Below, one piece after another: positions 63,444 through 64,000 of a DNA stretch of 64,000 nucleotides (positions within the stretch are counted from its first letter, which is position 1; each line of letters opens with the position of its first letter). Position numbers and translations under genes: made by a program. Where the stretch lies: assembly GCA_036140295.1 (NCBI GenBank), contig JAYZYL010000002.1, positions 440 through 64,439 of the forward strand, read 5' to 3'. A model generated the notes under the pieces. The model saw only the letters and a program-made list of their open reading frames with translations, made no database searches and was not told the DNA's origin. This stretch comes from Pseudomonadota bacterium. GTDB taxonomy: Bacteria > Pseudomonadota > Gammaproteobacteria > GCA-002705445 > GCA-002716945.

Positions 63444-64000
63444 TGGCTATTAAAACTATTTATGAAGATTGTGATGTCCTAATAGTTGGAGGTGGTATGG
63501 CTGGAACTGGTGCCACATTTGAGTCCAGATACTGGGGTAAAGACAAGAAAATTATTTGTGTTGAGAAAGCCAATATAGACCGTAGTGGAGCAGTAGCCCA
63601 AGGTTTATATGCTATTAACTGTTATATGGGTATGCAATGGGGTGAAAATCAACCTGAAGATCATGTCCGTTATGCACGAAATGATTTGATGGGTATGGTT
63701 CGTGAAGATCTTGCTTATGATATGGCAAGACATGTTGATTCTGCTGTTCATATGTTTGAAGAATGGGGCTTACCTATGATGCGTAATAAGGAGACAGGTA
63801 GATATCAACGTGAAGGTAAATGGCAAATTATGATTCATGGTGAGAGCTACAAACCAATTGTTGCAGAAGCTGCTAAAAAGTCTGCTGACAAGATATATAA
63901 CAGGGTTATGATTACTCATCTCTTAATGGATGAAACTGAAGAAAATAGAATTGGCGGTGCATGCGGGTTTAATATGCGTACGGGTGATTTCTATGTATTC
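63443..64000 (+). CDS. aprA: Adenylylsulfate reductase alpha subunit (5' partial, runs off the window)
   Basis: Manual translation gives MAIKTIYEDCDVLIVGGGMAGTGATFE...RSGAVAQGLYAINCYMG, with an FAD-binding GGGxAG fold. TAATG overlap with the aprB stop. Not in the ORF track because no stop codon falls within the window. Confidence 0.85.
   Translation, partial: MAIKTIYEDCDVLIVGGGMAGTGATFESRYWGKDKKIICVEKANIDRSGAVAQGLYAINCYMGMQWGENQPEDHVRYARNDLMGMVREDLAYDMARHVDSAVHMFEEWGLPMMRNKETGRYQREGKWQIMIHGESYKPIVAEAAKKSADKIYNRVMITHLLMDETEENRIGGACGFNMRTGDFYVF

Overview
This is an AT-rich, very gene-dense chromosomal segment with many 4-40 nt gene overlaps. All calls come from reading the sequence and recalling family motifs; no searches were run. 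Gene order looks gammaproteobacterial: ccmDEFGHI, ychF-pth-rplY-prs-tRNA-Gln-ispE, hemA-prfA-prmC, gatCAB-mreBCD, LPS core genes waaA/kdkA/hldA/hldC, groESL, aroQ-accBC, purHD and rho-trxA. Sulfur-oxidation markers are present (sat-aprM-aprB-aprA, a DsrC/TusE-like protein, rhodanese proteins), which suggests a streamlined marine sulfur-oxidising lineage; that is inference only. No rRNA, CRISPR array, transposase or integrase was seen. The one clearly accessory patch is about 9.14-13.42 kb. It is a ~4.3 kb integrase-less islet bracketed by a direct repeat of the 3' end of tRNA-Met. It carries a 1097-aa protein that fuses a Upf1/DNA2-like SF1 helicase (with a long coiled-coil insert), a complete HKD/PLD nuclease motif and a topoisomerase-type zinc ribbon, flanked by two small orphan ORFs. 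This matches the Mokosh type II defence architecture but has extra modules, and it is my top candidate for the system of interest. The second candidate is a 640-aa divergent PEPCK-fold protein transcribed divergently from sat-aprMBA, with a degenerate central P-loop and an HprK-like P-loop at its extreme C terminus. Other observations: a CIRCE operator at groES, a Fur-type palindrome at the iron ABC operon, a Glu11 repeat in a TonB-dependent receptor, a DsrC-like protein lacking the penultimate Cys, a split hldE, and missing ccmABC and lolB at their usual positions.
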